In this document: positions 9,025 to 17,861 of the stretch, piece by piece
How positions within the stretch are numbered: position 1 is the first letter of the stretch
How the letters are laid out: each line of letters begins with the position of its first letter
Assembly: GCA_024684455.1 (NCBI GenBank)
Contig: JAIKWU010000076.1
Location: 89,645-153,644, forward strand
Reading direction: 5' to 3'
Origin: Bacteroidaceae bacterium
GTDB lineage: Bacteria > Bacteroidota > Bacteroidia > Bacteroidales > Bacteroidaceae
DNA length: 64,000 nucleotides
The notes under the pieces: generated by a model
What the model saw: the letters and a program-made list of their open reading frames with translations, nothing else
Told to the model about the DNA's origin: nothing
The model's database searches: none
Position numbers and translations under genes: made by a program

Positions 9025-9149
9025 GGGTGCGAAAACCTTCAAAAATTGCACTGCGGTGCGTTTTTTGACGAGTTTTAGAGGTGTTTTGTGACGGGTAAAT
9101 CGCGCAATCAAAAGGTTGGACCCCCAATCATTGCTAAAAATGGAGGGGG

Positions 9150-10070
9150 CTAATGAAACCAGTGGTAAACGGTGCGGACGATGCGGCCGAGCCAGGTGTA
9201 GCGGATGCCCCAGTCGCGGATGGCATGGGCAAAGGCGGCCTCGATGGCGGGGTCGGCCTTGGGCTCTACTTTCTCGAGCAGTAGCGGACTCTGCAGGGGT
9301 TCGCGGTCGAACTCGTAACATTGTAACAGACGGAACGAACGGAAGTGGGTGCCGCTCGTCAATCCGATGTTGCGCACCATCGTATGCGACGGTGTCAGAC
9401 AGAGTCCACCTGCCTTGTAGATGGCGATTTCCCAGCAGATGTCCCACGGAATGGGCCGCTTTTTCAGCGACTTAAGGCAGGGAAACACACCGCCGTACTG
9501 GATGCGCTGACAGTCGTCGTCGGTCATGCCGTCGAGGGCCTCCTCCTCCGATGTGTAGTGCCGGAAATGCTGCAGCCAGCGGTCGCGCCACGTGGCCCAG
9601 CCCCAACCTGACATATGGGGGGTGAAGTAAGCCCCACCCCCAGTCTCTAAGTTTGTAAACCCACTTATGTGCATCACTTTCGGCTCGTCGCGGTAGAGCG
9701 TGAGGGCATCGTTGATGTACTGCAGGAAATAGGGTGAGGTGACGATGTCGTCCTCGAGCACGACAACGGTGTCGTGTGCCTTGAACACCTCGGCAATGCC
9801 TTCGGTGATGTTGCGCTCCAGATAGATGTTTTCGGGTCGAAGGACGAGGGTCAGGCTCTTGAGCCGATGGTCGTGCTCCACTTGTTGCTGAACCGCATGG
9901 AGATACTTGCGCACTTTGTTGACCTGTGCCCACGAACGCTCGTCGCGCCCACCGTCGCTGAACACATAGACATCTGTTTCGGAGGCGAGCGTGTTGGCCA
10001 TTAGAGCGTCAAGCGTCTGACGGGTGTTGTCGGCACGGTTATAGACAAAAAGGGCAACGGGAGCGGACAT
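9150..10070 (-). CDS. Putative glycosyltransferase (GT-A fold, GNT-I-like)
   Basis: Start trimmed to MSAPVALFVYNRADNTRQTLDALMAN. Contains VVVLEDDIVTSPYFLQY (acidic DxD-like motif). Confidence 0.6.
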   Translation of the reverse strand: MSAPVALFVYNRADNTRQTLDALMANTLASETDVYVFSDGGRDERSWAQVNKVRKYLHAVQQQVEHDHRLKSLTLVLRPENIYLERNITEGIAEVFKAHDTVVVLEDDIVTSPYFLQYINDALTLYRDEPKVMHISGFTNLETGGGAYFTPHMSGWGWATWRDRWLQHFRHYTSEEEALDGMTDDDCQRIQYGGVFPCLKSLKKRPIPWDICWEIAIYKAGGLCLTPSHTMVRNIGLTSGTHFRSFRLLQCYEFDREPLQSPLLLEKVEPKADPAIEAAFAHAIRDWGIRYTWLGRIVRTVYHWFH

Positions 10071-10080
10071 GGGGATGGGG

Positions 10081-10911
10081 TCAGCAGTGACGCAGCGCAC
10101 GTATCTCGTCAACGCTGAGACGACGCGTCAGGTCGGTGAAGAAATGAGGGTGGGAAATGCGTTGTTCGGCCGGCGGTAATTGCATGTAGTCGCCATAGAG
10201 CAGGCGCAGATAGGAGTCGTACTGGCGCGGCACGGTGACGGTGGTGTCCTCGAAGGGAAGTTCGATAGTGTCCGTAAACCATTCCGTCTGGAAGATGCGT
10301 CCTTCCCATTGCGTCACACACACGGCTTTCGGACCGCTGCGCCCGACATACGTCTGTTCAAAGTCAAGGAAAGCCTGAAGGTAGCGTTCGGGACGGTGGC
10401 GGCGCCACTGGTTGAGCACATAGAGGCCACATTGGTGGACGTCGGCATGTAGGAGGCTGTTCCAAAAGAAGGAGAGGGAATAGCGGCTCACGGCATTGAT
10501 GTACTTGTCAAAAAAGTAATGGCTGCGGTACTGCCGTGCCGTAATCACGGCGTCGGGCTCGTCGAACTCGTCGAGTGGAAATACGTCGATATAGACTCCG
10601 AGCACGTAAGGCAAACGCTCAAACTCCCAGATGGTGGTGTTGAGGTCTGCCAGTTTTGCAAAAGGCATATAGTAGCCACGGTCGCGCACCGAAATCATCT
10701 CGTATCCCTGCGGACGCAGCAGGTTGTTCATGTCGAGCAGACGGTTGTAGTCGCTGCGCGGCATGTAGATGTCGATGTCGTCGTCCCATGGGATGAAGCC
10801 TTTGTGGCGTACGGCTCCAAGTACCGTGCCGCCACAGGCTACGTAGCGCAGGTCGTGGTCGCGGAAAAACTGCTGTGCAAACTTGAGTGTGTCGAGCAGG
10901 TGCTGCTTCAT
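10081..10911 (-). CDS. licD: LicD-family phosphotransferase (transfers a CDP-activated phospho-alcohol)
   Basis: Start trimmed to MKQHLLDTLKFAQQFFRDHDLRYVACGGTVLGAVRHKGFIPWDDDIDIYMPRSDY, the LicD signature. Confidence 0.8.
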   Translation of the reverse strand: MKQHLLDTLKFAQQFFRDHDLRYVACGGTVLGAVRHKGFIPWDDDIDIYMPRSDYNRLLDMNNLLRPQGYEMISVRDRGYYMPFAKLADLNTTIWEFERLPYVLGVYIDVFPLDEFDEPDAVITARQYRSHYFFDKYINAVSRYSLSFFWNSLLHADVHQCGLYVLNQWRRHRPERYLQAFLDFEQTYVGRSGPKAVCVTQWEGRIFQTEWFTDTIELPFEDTTVTVPRQYDSYLRLLYGDYMQLPPAEQRISHPHFFTDLTRRLSVDEIRALRHC

Positions 10912-10925
10912 TCGTTTGTCGGGAA

Positions 10926-11969
10926 TTAAAGTTCGTCGTAGAGGTTGAGGAAGAGTTCGGCACACCACAGTTGCCACTTCTGGTTGCCTGTGAGCGACGC
11001 CATGGGAATGTCGCGGCGAAACTCCGGACGCTCGGGACCTGTCCAATGGGCAAAGATGGCATCGACAGGACGCGGCATAGGAATCTTTGTCGGAATGGGC
11101 AATTCAGGATACTTCATCGCATAAAGTCCACGTACAAGGTATTTGGGCTCGCCGCCTCTGACACGCTCCATGTCGAGTGGCTCAGCCATGACCAGACGTG
11201 CATAGGGGTCGTAGTAGGGTAGTTCTGCCGCACCGAAGGCATTGAGGTAGGAGCCGCTGCTTTCAATCGCAAAGACATCGTCCATGAAGCGCATCACGTC
11301 GATGCCGTCGCTGCCTACGCGGTAGGGTTCGAACAATTCGGCCTGGCTGACGGGGTTCGTCAGCACGAGCGAAGGGTCGAGGAATGTGTATCGCTTGACA
11401 AAGCCGTCGAAGGTCCATACAGGCGAAATCAGTTTGTCCATGCCACCGAAGATAAGGTCTGCGCTTTCGCCGACGAGAATCATCTGCACCCCATCTTTCT
11501 TGGCAGCGATGGCTGCCTTGTAAATCTGTGGCTCGATGCTGTGGACGGGTGCCCACTTGCGAGCCATGACGATGGGAGTGTAGCGTTTGTAGTCCTCAAA
11601 GGTAATCTCAATCAGGTGGTGCTGCAAGTTGAGTTTCTTGCAATACTTCTTTGCGCGCTCTACATCGTCGTTGAACACACCAGTTTCTGAAACAAACGTG
11701 TAGGCGTGGCTGCCAGGACGCAGGTAGGCTGCCAGGTTCGCACTGTCCATGCCGCCCGAAAGCAGGATGCCGATGCTGTCGTACTGCTCGTAGAGGTGGT
11801 CCACCTGACGCTGAATTTCACGGTCGATGTCGGCAGAGGTGGTGACGGGAATCTGTTCGGCACTTGGTACAGGCGCATAGTTGGTGTGACGGAATCCTGG
11901 GTAGAAGTCCGTGCCGTCTTTCCACACGTAGCGGAAAGCCATGTAGGAACTGAGGCAGAAGTTTTTCAT
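10926..11969 (-). CDS. Asparagine-synthase-related PP-loop ATP pyrophosphatase/amidotransferase (synthetase domain only)
   Basis: Start trimmed to MKNFCLSSYMAF. Has the PP-loop ILLSGGMDSANLAAYL. No N-terminal glutaminase domain. Confidence 0.65.
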   Translation of the reverse strand: MKNFCLSSYMAFRYVWKDGTDFYPGFRHTNYAPVPSAEQIPVTTSADIDREIQRQVDHLYEQYDSIGILLSGGMDSANLAAYLRPGSHAYTFVSETGVFNDDVERAKKYCKKLNLQHHLIEITFEDYKRYTPIVMARKWAPVHSIEPQIYKAAIAAKKDGVQMILVGESADLIFGGMDKLISPVWTFDGFVKRYTFLDPSLVLTNPVSQAELFEPYRVGSDGIDVMRFMDDVFAIESSGSYLNAFGAAELPYYDPYARLVMAEPLDMERVRGGEPKYLVRGLYAMKYPELPIPTKIPMPRPVDAIFAHWTGPERPEFRRDIPMASLTGNQKWQLWCAELFLNLYDEL

Positions 11970-11994
11970 CTGTGTGTTTGTTTTTGTGTGAGAA

Positions 11995-12414
11995 TTAGTC
12001 TTTGTCGCGCACAGCCGTGAGGGCTTCGGTGATTTTGGTCGAAGACACGCCGTGTGTGTAGGGGAAATAGACGATGCGGATGCCTGCATCGGTAAAGTCT
12101 TTCTCGTACTGTTTCCACTTCTCTGTGCCGTACCAGTCGTCGCCGACGAATAGGATGGTAGCGCCGAGTTTCTTGCACATGGTGAGTTTGTCCATGTCGT
12201 ACTGTGGGATAGCGGCATCGACGCACTTGATATTGCGGACAATCTCGATACGGTCGGCAAAAGGTATCATCGGGTGTTTGCCTTTGTAGGTAACGAGGTC
12301 ATCGACGGTGACACCGACGATGAGTTTATCGCACAGTGCCTTGGCGTTCTTGAGAAGGGTGAGGTGTCCGATGTGGAAGAGGTCGAACACGCCTGTGGTG
12401 TATCCTATGGTCAT
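11995..12414 (-). CDS. Cytidylyltransferase (TagD / glycerol-3-phosphate cytidylyltransferase-like)
   Basis: Start trimmed to MTIGYTTGVFDLFHIGHLTLLKNAK (HxGH motif). About 139 aa. Confidence 0.8.
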   Translation of the reverse strand: MTIGYTTGVFDLFHIGHLTLLKNAKALCDKLIVGVTVDDLVTYKGKHPMIPFADRIEIVRNIKCVDAAIPQYDMDKLTMCKKLGATILFVGDDWYGTEKWKQYEKDFTDAGIRIVYFPYTHGVSSTKITEALTAVRDKD

Positions 12415-12451
12415 GATGGATGGAGATTTGTGTAGGTTATGATGGACAAAA

Positions 12452-13498
12452 TTACGAAATTTTCTGCGAACTGCTGTCATCTTCAGCCAAAAACTTTGGC
12501 TTTTTGGGCCATCTTCCACTCAGCCAAGGTACTTTCTCGACGTAGGGAACGAGCAGGAAGCACACGCCGAAGATGAGCATAAGCAGGATGGTGTAGTCGT
12601 CCCAGTGGCCACGGAGGCTGCGCACGTTGGCTGTACGGATGAGTTTGTAGAGTTGCAGGATAGGGTAGTGTGCCACGAAAAAGACCATCGAGTGCTCACC
12701 GATGTAGTTGATGACAGGGATGCGGGGTGTGTGCAGTTTGATGAGCAAGCCGCTAATGCCGCAGAGCGATGTCACCGTCGAGGCGACGATGATCCAGCAG
12801 TTTCCGTTCCAGGCGTTGGCACTCATGGTGTACTGGCCATGCCATGTAGCGTTCAGCCAGACGAACACGCCGATGAGCAACACCGAAACAGTCAGTGTGA
12901 GTTTGCTGCCCATACGCTCCATCAGCCATCGCCATACACGACCGAGGAAGAAGAGGAAGATGCCGAAGAAGACGTTGTTGAGGCTCAGCCACAGCGGATT
13001 GCCTTCAGTGTAGAGCCACCACGAAATCATCGGAAAGGCGAGCACCACCCAGCGCAGGCCTCTGACTTTGGAGATAAAGTGCATGGCGATGTATGCCCAG
13101 AAGAACGAGAAGAGGAACCACGTGGGCGAGTTGCCGAAGAACGACGAGGTCTGCCACACGTGTTCCCACGTCGTCATCTTCACCACCGTGCTCTTCGGGT
13201 CGAGAATGAACCATACGAAAGTGAAGTGGACGATGTTGCCGATGAGTCCCCACGTCAGGTACGGCACGAGCAGACGCTTCGCCTTGTCGATGCAGTACTG
13301 GCGTGAGTTGCCGCTGATGGTCTTGTTGAAATAGCCAGCCTTGAAGAAGAAGAACGACATGAAGTAATAGGTCCATGCCATCACTTCGGTCCACCATTCC
13401 GCCTTGCCGAAGCCACATGTGTCGGTGATGTGGAGCACAATCATGCGGATGATGCAAATCCCGCAGAGAAGGTCGAAGGTGTGGTTGCGCTGTTTCAT
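12452..13498 (-). CDS. Acyltransferase-3 family membrane O-acyltransferase
   Basis: Polytopic. The N-terminus MKQRNHTFDLLCGICIIRMIVLH is paralogous to the 16144-17169 gene. Confidence 0.75.
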   Translation of the reverse strand: MKQRNHTFDLLCGICIIRMIVLHITDTCGFGKAEWWTEVMAWTYYFMSFFFFKAGYFNKTISGNSRQYCIDKAKRLLVPYLTWGLIGNIVHFTFVWFILDPKSTVVKMTTWEHVWQTSSFFGNSPTWFLFSFFWAYIAMHFISKVRGLRWVVLAFPMISWWLYTEGNPLWLSLNNVFFGIFLFFLGRVWRWLMERMGSKLTLTVSVLLIGVFVWLNATWHGQYTMSANAWNGNCWIIVASTVTSLCGISGLLIKLHTPRIPVINYIGEHSMVFFVAHYPILQLYKLIRTANVRSLRGHWDDYTILLMLIFGVCFLLVPYVEKVPWLSGRWPKKPKFLAEDDSSSQKIS

Positions 13499-14679
13499 GG
13501 TTCAGGATTTGCTTTTTTGGTTCCTCGCCCGAACAGGTACTTCTTCAGCACGGGACTGACGCGCAGGACGTGCGACACCAGACAGCAGGCAGCGATGACG
13601 AGCAGTGCCATTGCGATGGTTGCGGTCTGTTCGAGCACGATGTTCGGACGGTTAGCATTGAACCAGATGCCCACTTGTGGCACTTTCGGCATGAGGATGA
13701 AGTGGAGGAGGTAGATGTCGAGCGTGCGGATTCCTATGTACTGCAAGGCGCGTCCGATGCGCGTCTGTTTCGACAATGCCTGCTCATAATGCCGGAAGGT
13801 CATCACGATGATCATCATCAGCGAGTACATTGACACGGTGCGTGGCAAGTTGGTCCATGCAAACCTCAGCGTGTGCCATTTCAGGGTGTCGGCCGTGGCA
13901 AAGAATGCCACCACGACCATGAGGATGAAGAACCACCGTGTGTCCATCAGTCGCTCCACGCGATGCCAGTAGCGGTGGACGATGTTGCCGAAAAGGAAGA
14001 AGTGAAGGTACTGCACCACCATGATGAGGCTCGACCACTGCATGAATTCCGACTTCGGCCAGGTAAACACTTTCGGCAGGTAGGTCATTTCGTAGAGCAC
14101 GAGGCTCACCGCCCATAATAACCAAATGGACCAGTGAGGCACTCCAGACCCACCCCCTTGCCCCTCCCTTGTAGGAAGGGGAGTAGATACTACTTTTCCT
14201 TGAGAATCTGGCTGCTCTGAGTGACCACTCCCCTCCCTCACAGGGAGGGGTCGGGGGGTGGGTCTTGTAATATAATCAAATAGATAATAGACGATGAACA
14301 TAACGAGCAGTGCCCACGTGAACCAGTAACCGCTCTTGGTCGGACGGTGCAGCGTATCGACCAGCGTCTCCCAGAAGTGCGGATGACGAACGACGATGCA
14401 CACGCAGAGGAACACCAGCGTCGGTATCATCTGAATCTTCACCTTCTTCCACACTGCCATACCCAGACGGACGGGCGTCCACAGCATCTCGGGCTTCCAT
14501 GCCAGAAATCCGCTGACGAAGAAGAACAGCGGCATACGGAACAGTACGACGAAGGGCATCGATGCCGATGTCTTCAGATTGATGCCGTAGCACATCTGTG
14601 CTACATGGTAGGCGACGACCATAATCATCGTAAACCCACGAAGGGCGTCGAGCCACTCAAGTCGTTTGTTGTTTCCCAT
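13495..14679 (-). CDS. Acyltransferase-3 family membrane protein carrying a 40-codon family-1 repeat insertion
   Basis: MGNNKRLEWLDALRGFTMIMVVAYH is an acyltransferase_3 N-terminus. ATGA overlap with the downstream gene. Insert peptide: RPTPRPLPVREGSGHSEQPDSQGKVVSTPLPTREGQGGGSG. Confidence 0.75.
   Translation of the reverse strand: MGNNKRLEWLDALRGFTMIMVVAYHVAQMCYGINLKTSASMPFVVLFRMPLFFFVSGFLAWKPEMLWTPVRLGMAVWKKVKIQMIPTLVFLCVCIVVRHPHFWETLVDTLHRPTKSGYWFTWALLVMFIVYYLFDYITRPTPRPLPVREGSGHSEQPDSQGKVVSTPLPTREGQGGGSGVPHWSIWLLWAVSLVLYEMTYLPKVFTWPKSEFMQWSSLIMVVQYLHFFLFGNIVHRYWHRVERLMDTRWFFILMVVVAFFATADTLKWHTLRFAWTNLPRTVSMYSLMMIIVMTFRHYEQALSKQTRIGRALQYIGIRTLDIYLLHFILMPKVPQVGIWFNANRPNIVLEQTATIAMALLVIAACCLVSHVLRVSPVLKKYLFGRGTKKANPEP
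14146..14265. repeat. Family-1 repeat, inverted doublet C (120 bp) inside the acyltransferase CDS
   Basis: agacccacccccttgcccctcccttgtaggaaggggagtagatac - 30 nt - gtgaccactcccctccctcacagggaggggtcggggggtgggtct. Confidence 0.9.
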
Positions 14680-16162
14680 GTTGTCTGATGAATTGAATGC
14701 TTTCGCGCAGAATGTGTGCTCCTGTGAGCCAGACGATGCCGAGGTAGAGTACGCCGGCTACGACGATGCGCACGGCGAGCAGCAGGATGACGTTGTCGAG
14801 GCCGCTGGTCAGCCATGCCGTCACTCCCATGCTCACGACGGCGATGAGCAGGAACGGCAACGTGTCTTTCAGCGCGTCCTTCAGCCGCAGGCCCACCTCA
14901 CGATGCACAAACCAGTGCCATACGAACATCCACGCGACATAGACCATCACGTAGAGCAGCACCATGAGCCGGATGCCCGACAGTTCCACGGGATGATGGA
15001 GAACGGATATGTGAACGTTCCATTTCAGGAAATGGGTGGCGCAGAGCAGCGAAAGGGTAATCAGTCCCTGCGTCAGGATGTTCCACATGTAGATGTTGCT
15101 GCGTCCGCGGCTGATGAGGAAGTTATAGTAGAGGGCAGCCAGTGGCATGAACGCACCCGCGATGCACAGCATCTGCATCAGTTCGGCACTCGGCAGCCAC
15201 TTCGGACCCACCGTGAGGGTGATAAATTCGCGTGCCACCAGTGCCAGTCCCAGCATACTGGGGAAGGCAAGCAGCGACGTGAAACGCAGCATCTTGCGAA
15301 ACGCACGTACGAGACGTTCCTTTTCGTCGGCCTCCACCTGCACGAACATGGGCTGAGCCACACTCTGAACCATACCAGTGATGAGTCCACTACCCATCTT
15401 GTTCCACTTGTCGGCCTGCTGGTAGCGTCCCACTTCCGACTTGGTGAAGAAATTGCCGAGCAGTAAGGCGAAGATACTGTTGTTCAGTGCGTTGAAGATA
15501 TTGGTGATGAGTAGTTTGCAGGAGAAACCGAACATCTCCCTGACGGGCTTCCACGCGAAGTGAAGCATAGGACGGAAACCGCTGATGATCCAACTCAGCA
15601 CGCTTACCGTGAGGATGAACAGGATGTTCTGTGTCACCAGGCTCCAGTAAGACATCCCGCACAGCGCCATCACTACGCCCACGCAGCCAGAGAGCAGCAG
15701 GGCCACGATGCCGATGAGCGCCTGCTCCTTCATCATCAGGTTTTTATAGAAATGAGCACGCGGCGCAATCGAAAAACTGGCAAAGAAGAACGCAAGAAAG
15801 GCGTAGCGCGACAGCCACAGCAGTTTGGGCTCGTGGAAATACCACACCAGCAACGGTGCACAGAACCAGAGGATGACGTAGATGCAGGCACTGACGCTGA
15901 CGTTGAACCAGAACACCGAGTTGAAGTCCTCGCGGCTGGCATTCTTGCGGTTGATCAGAGCGGAAATGAAACCGCTCTCCTGCAACGCCGAGGCGATGGC
16001 GGTGAATACGGCTACCTCGCCTGCAAGTCCGTAGTCGGCCTCACATAGCAGACGCCCCAGCACGATGCCGAACACGAGGTTCAGCACCTGCATCGAGCCG
16101 TTGTTGGCGAGCCCCCAAAACAGCCCCTTAGCGGTCTTTTCCTTTAAGTCCTGCGCTGCCAT
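14657..16162 (-). CDS. Polysaccharide/oligosaccharide flippase (Wzx-like, MOP superfamily)
   Basis: 501 aa and polytopic. N-terminus ...KTAKGLFWGLANNGSMQVLNLVFGIVLGRLL is typical of the polysaccharide biosynthesis protein family. Confidence 0.75.
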   Translation of the reverse strand: MAAQDLKEKTAKGLFWGLANNGSMQVLNLVFGIVLGRLLCEADYGLAGEVAVFTAIASALQESGFISALINRKNASREDFNSVFWFNVSVSACIYVILWFCAPLLVWYFHEPKLLWLSRYAFLAFFFASFSIAPRAHFYKNLMMKEQALIGIVALLLSGCVGVVMALCGMSYWSLVTQNILFILTVSVLSWIISGFRPMLHFAWKPVREMFGFSCKLLITNIFNALNNSIFALLLGNFFTKSEVGRYQQADKWNKMGSGLITGMVQSVAQPMFVQVEADEKERLVRAFRKMLRFTSLLAFPSMLGLALVAREFITLTVGPKWLPSAELMQMLCIAGAFMPLAALYYNFLISRGRSNIYMWNILTQGLITLSLLCATHFLKWNVHISVLHHPVELSGIRLMVLLYVMVYVAWMFVWHWFVHREVGLRLKDALKDTLPFLLIAVVSMGVTAWLTSGLDNVILLLAVRIVVAGVLYLGIVWLTGAHILRESIQFIRQHGKQQTT

Positions 16163-17169
16163 CGGCCACTCAGTATGGGGATTTTTTCAACGTACGGCAC
16201 AAGCCAGGCACACACGACGAGCGTCAGTGCCGTCATCAGGACGAAATCGTCCCAGTGGTGCCGTATGCCGTGTCCGAACAGTTGGTGTGTCATGTGATAG
16301 AAATGTAGTACGGGATAGTGTGCCACGAAAAAGACCATCGAGTGCTCACCGACATAGTTGACAAACGGCACGCGACGCTGCGGCAGGCAGAACAGTACGC
16401 CCGACAGTCCGCACAGGCACAGCACGTTTACCACCACGGCACTCACAGGCCGCTGGATGAAGCGGTTGAAACTCATCTCGTATTCACCGTGTGCATGGTG
16501 GTTCAGCCAAATGAACCCCGCGACCATCAGCAGTGAAAGAGCCAGCAGTATCCAGCGTCGTCCCGTATGCTGCGGCTGGGTCATGGCATAGGTGATGCGC
16601 CTCCACGCCTTTCCCAGCCAGAAGAAGAACACGCCCATGAACACGTTGTTCAGGCTCAGCCACAGTGGATTGTCCATCGTCCACAGCCAGTAGCCGATGA
16701 GGGGAAAGGCCAGCACCGCCCACTGCACTTTCGGTCTCTTGCCCATGAAGTGCATCACGATGTAAGCCGTGAAGAAGGAGAGCAGAAACCACAGTGGTGG
16801 GTTTCCGTACCATTGGCTCGTTTCCCACACGTGGCTCCACTCCAGCCGTCGGATGTAAGGCGCGAAGCGTACGGTGTTCGTCAGGATGAGTCCAGCGTAG
16901 ATGAGCGTACCAATCAGTCCCCATGTCAGATAGGGCACGAGCAGCCGTTTGGCACGGTCCTTGGTGTAGGCCCACGAGTCGCCGGCCACGGTCTTGTTGA
17001 AATAGCCAGCCTTGAAGAAGAAGAACGACATGAAGAAGAACGTCCACGCCATCATCTTGCCGCACCAGAAGTCGCTCCGCATTCCGCATATACCAGCCAC
17101 GTGCAGCAGGATCATCCGCAGGATGCACAGGCCGCACAGCAGGTCGAACGTATGGTTTCTGGTCTTCAT
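16144..17169 (-). CDS. Acyltransferase-3 family membrane O-acyltransferase (paralog of 12452-13498)
   Basis: MKTRNHTFDLLCGLCILRMILLH..., with colinear similarity along the whole length. Confidence 0.75.
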   Translation of the reverse strand: MKTRNHTFDLLCGLCILRMILLHVAGICGMRSDFWCGKMMAWTFFFMSFFFFKAGYFNKTVAGDSWAYTKDRAKRLLVPYLTWGLIGTLIYAGLILTNTVRFAPYIRRLEWSHVWETSQWYGNPPLWFLLSFFTAYIVMHFMGKRPKVQWAVLAFPLIGYWLWTMDNPLWLSLNNVFMGVFFFWLGKAWRRITYAMTQPQHTGRRWILLALSLLMVAGFIWLNHHAHGEYEMSFNRFIQRPVSAVVVNVLCLCGLSGVLFCLPQRRVPFVNYVGEHSMVFFVAHYPVLHFYHMTHQLFGHGIRHHWDDFVLMTALTLVVCAWLVPYVEKIPILSGRWQRRT

Positions 17170-17175
17170 CTCTCT

Positions 17176-17835
17176 TTAGTTATACATGTGTACCATGGTG
17201 CCGTTGAAGTCGATGTGGTATTGGTACAGCGGTCGTGGGTCGGGGTGAAGCCCGTTGCCTTTTCCGTCGATGAAGTAGGTGTCGTTTTGAAGGGCATAGA
17301 CGATGCCGCAGTGGTTGCACTTCGCTTGCGAGCCTTGAACTTTCAGCCGCCACTGTGCCTGATCGCAGTTGGGGCAGGCGAGGTCGAAGCAGCACCGTGT
17401 GCCGTCGATGTCGTTGCCGATGATGAGTCCGCCGAGACCGAAGTGAAAATCCTTCTGCAGCGCGTCCATCTTGTATAATGGTTCGCTCTTCACTCCTTCG
17501 CACTCCATGTAGATTTCGCTGCCCACCTGTCGTATCAGTGCAAAGACACCGAAGCCGCCCACGGCAGGCTGCAGTTCCTTGTACGAGGCGATGTTGAAGC
17601 CGCACATCACGCGATATTTGGTCGAATACTTACTCGAGGTCGGCAGGAGGTCCTCCTTCTTGCAGTTGGTCAGACAGAGGAGAGCCAAAGCGAGGCAGAG
17701 GGCCTGTGGGATAAAAGTACGTCCAAGTGCTTGGAAAATTAACGCTAAGTGCTTGGCGTGACGACTCCAAGTGCTTAGCGTGACGACGCTAAGCACTTGG
17801 AGTGCATCAAGAAATGTGTTCTGTCGGTCTTTCAT
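17176..17835 (-). CDS. Hypothetical lipoprotein with a CxxC...CxxC motif; start codon uncertain
   Basis: Lipobox ...LALALLCLTNC. Contains CPNCDQAQW...CNHCG. The only in-frame ATG (17835) lies upstream of the family-3 repeat array, so the array would be translated. Confidence 0.5.
   Translation of the reverse strand: MKDRQNTFLDALQVLSVVTLSTWSRHAKHLALIFQALGRTFIPQALCLALALLCLTNCKKEDLLPTSSKYSTKYRVMCGFNIASYKELQPAVGGFGVFALIRQVGSEIYMECEGVKSEPLYKMDALQKDFHFGLGGLIIGNDIDGTRCCFDLACPNCDQAQWRLKVQGSQAKCNHCGIVYALQNDTYFIDGKGNGLHPDPRPLYQYHIDFNGTMVHMYN
17722..17801 (+). repeat. Family-3 modular palindrome element, 4 modules phased at 22 bp
   Basis: tccaagtgcttgga (17722), gctaagtgcttggc (17744), tccaagtgcttagc (17766), gctaagcacttgga (17788). 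Modules 3 and 4 form a 15-bp-stem hairpin. Confidence 0.9.
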
Positions 17836-17861
17836 TTTCGGTGTGAAAACAGGAAAAGTGT

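Noticed and set aside
17722-17801. The phased repeat arrays (families 3 and 4) could be small CRISPR arrays.
   Set aside because: The repeats are only 14-18 bp, the spacers only 4-8 bp and semi-conserved between loci. There are no cas genes and no unique spacers.
17787-17808. Family-3 modules (…GCTAAGCACTTGGAGTGC) resemble the CIRCE/HrcA operator TTAGCACTC-N9-GAGTGCTAA.
   Set aside because: The half-site spacing and sequence do not match. None of the copies is upstream of groES/groEL (51.5-51.7 kb), where CIRCE would be expected.
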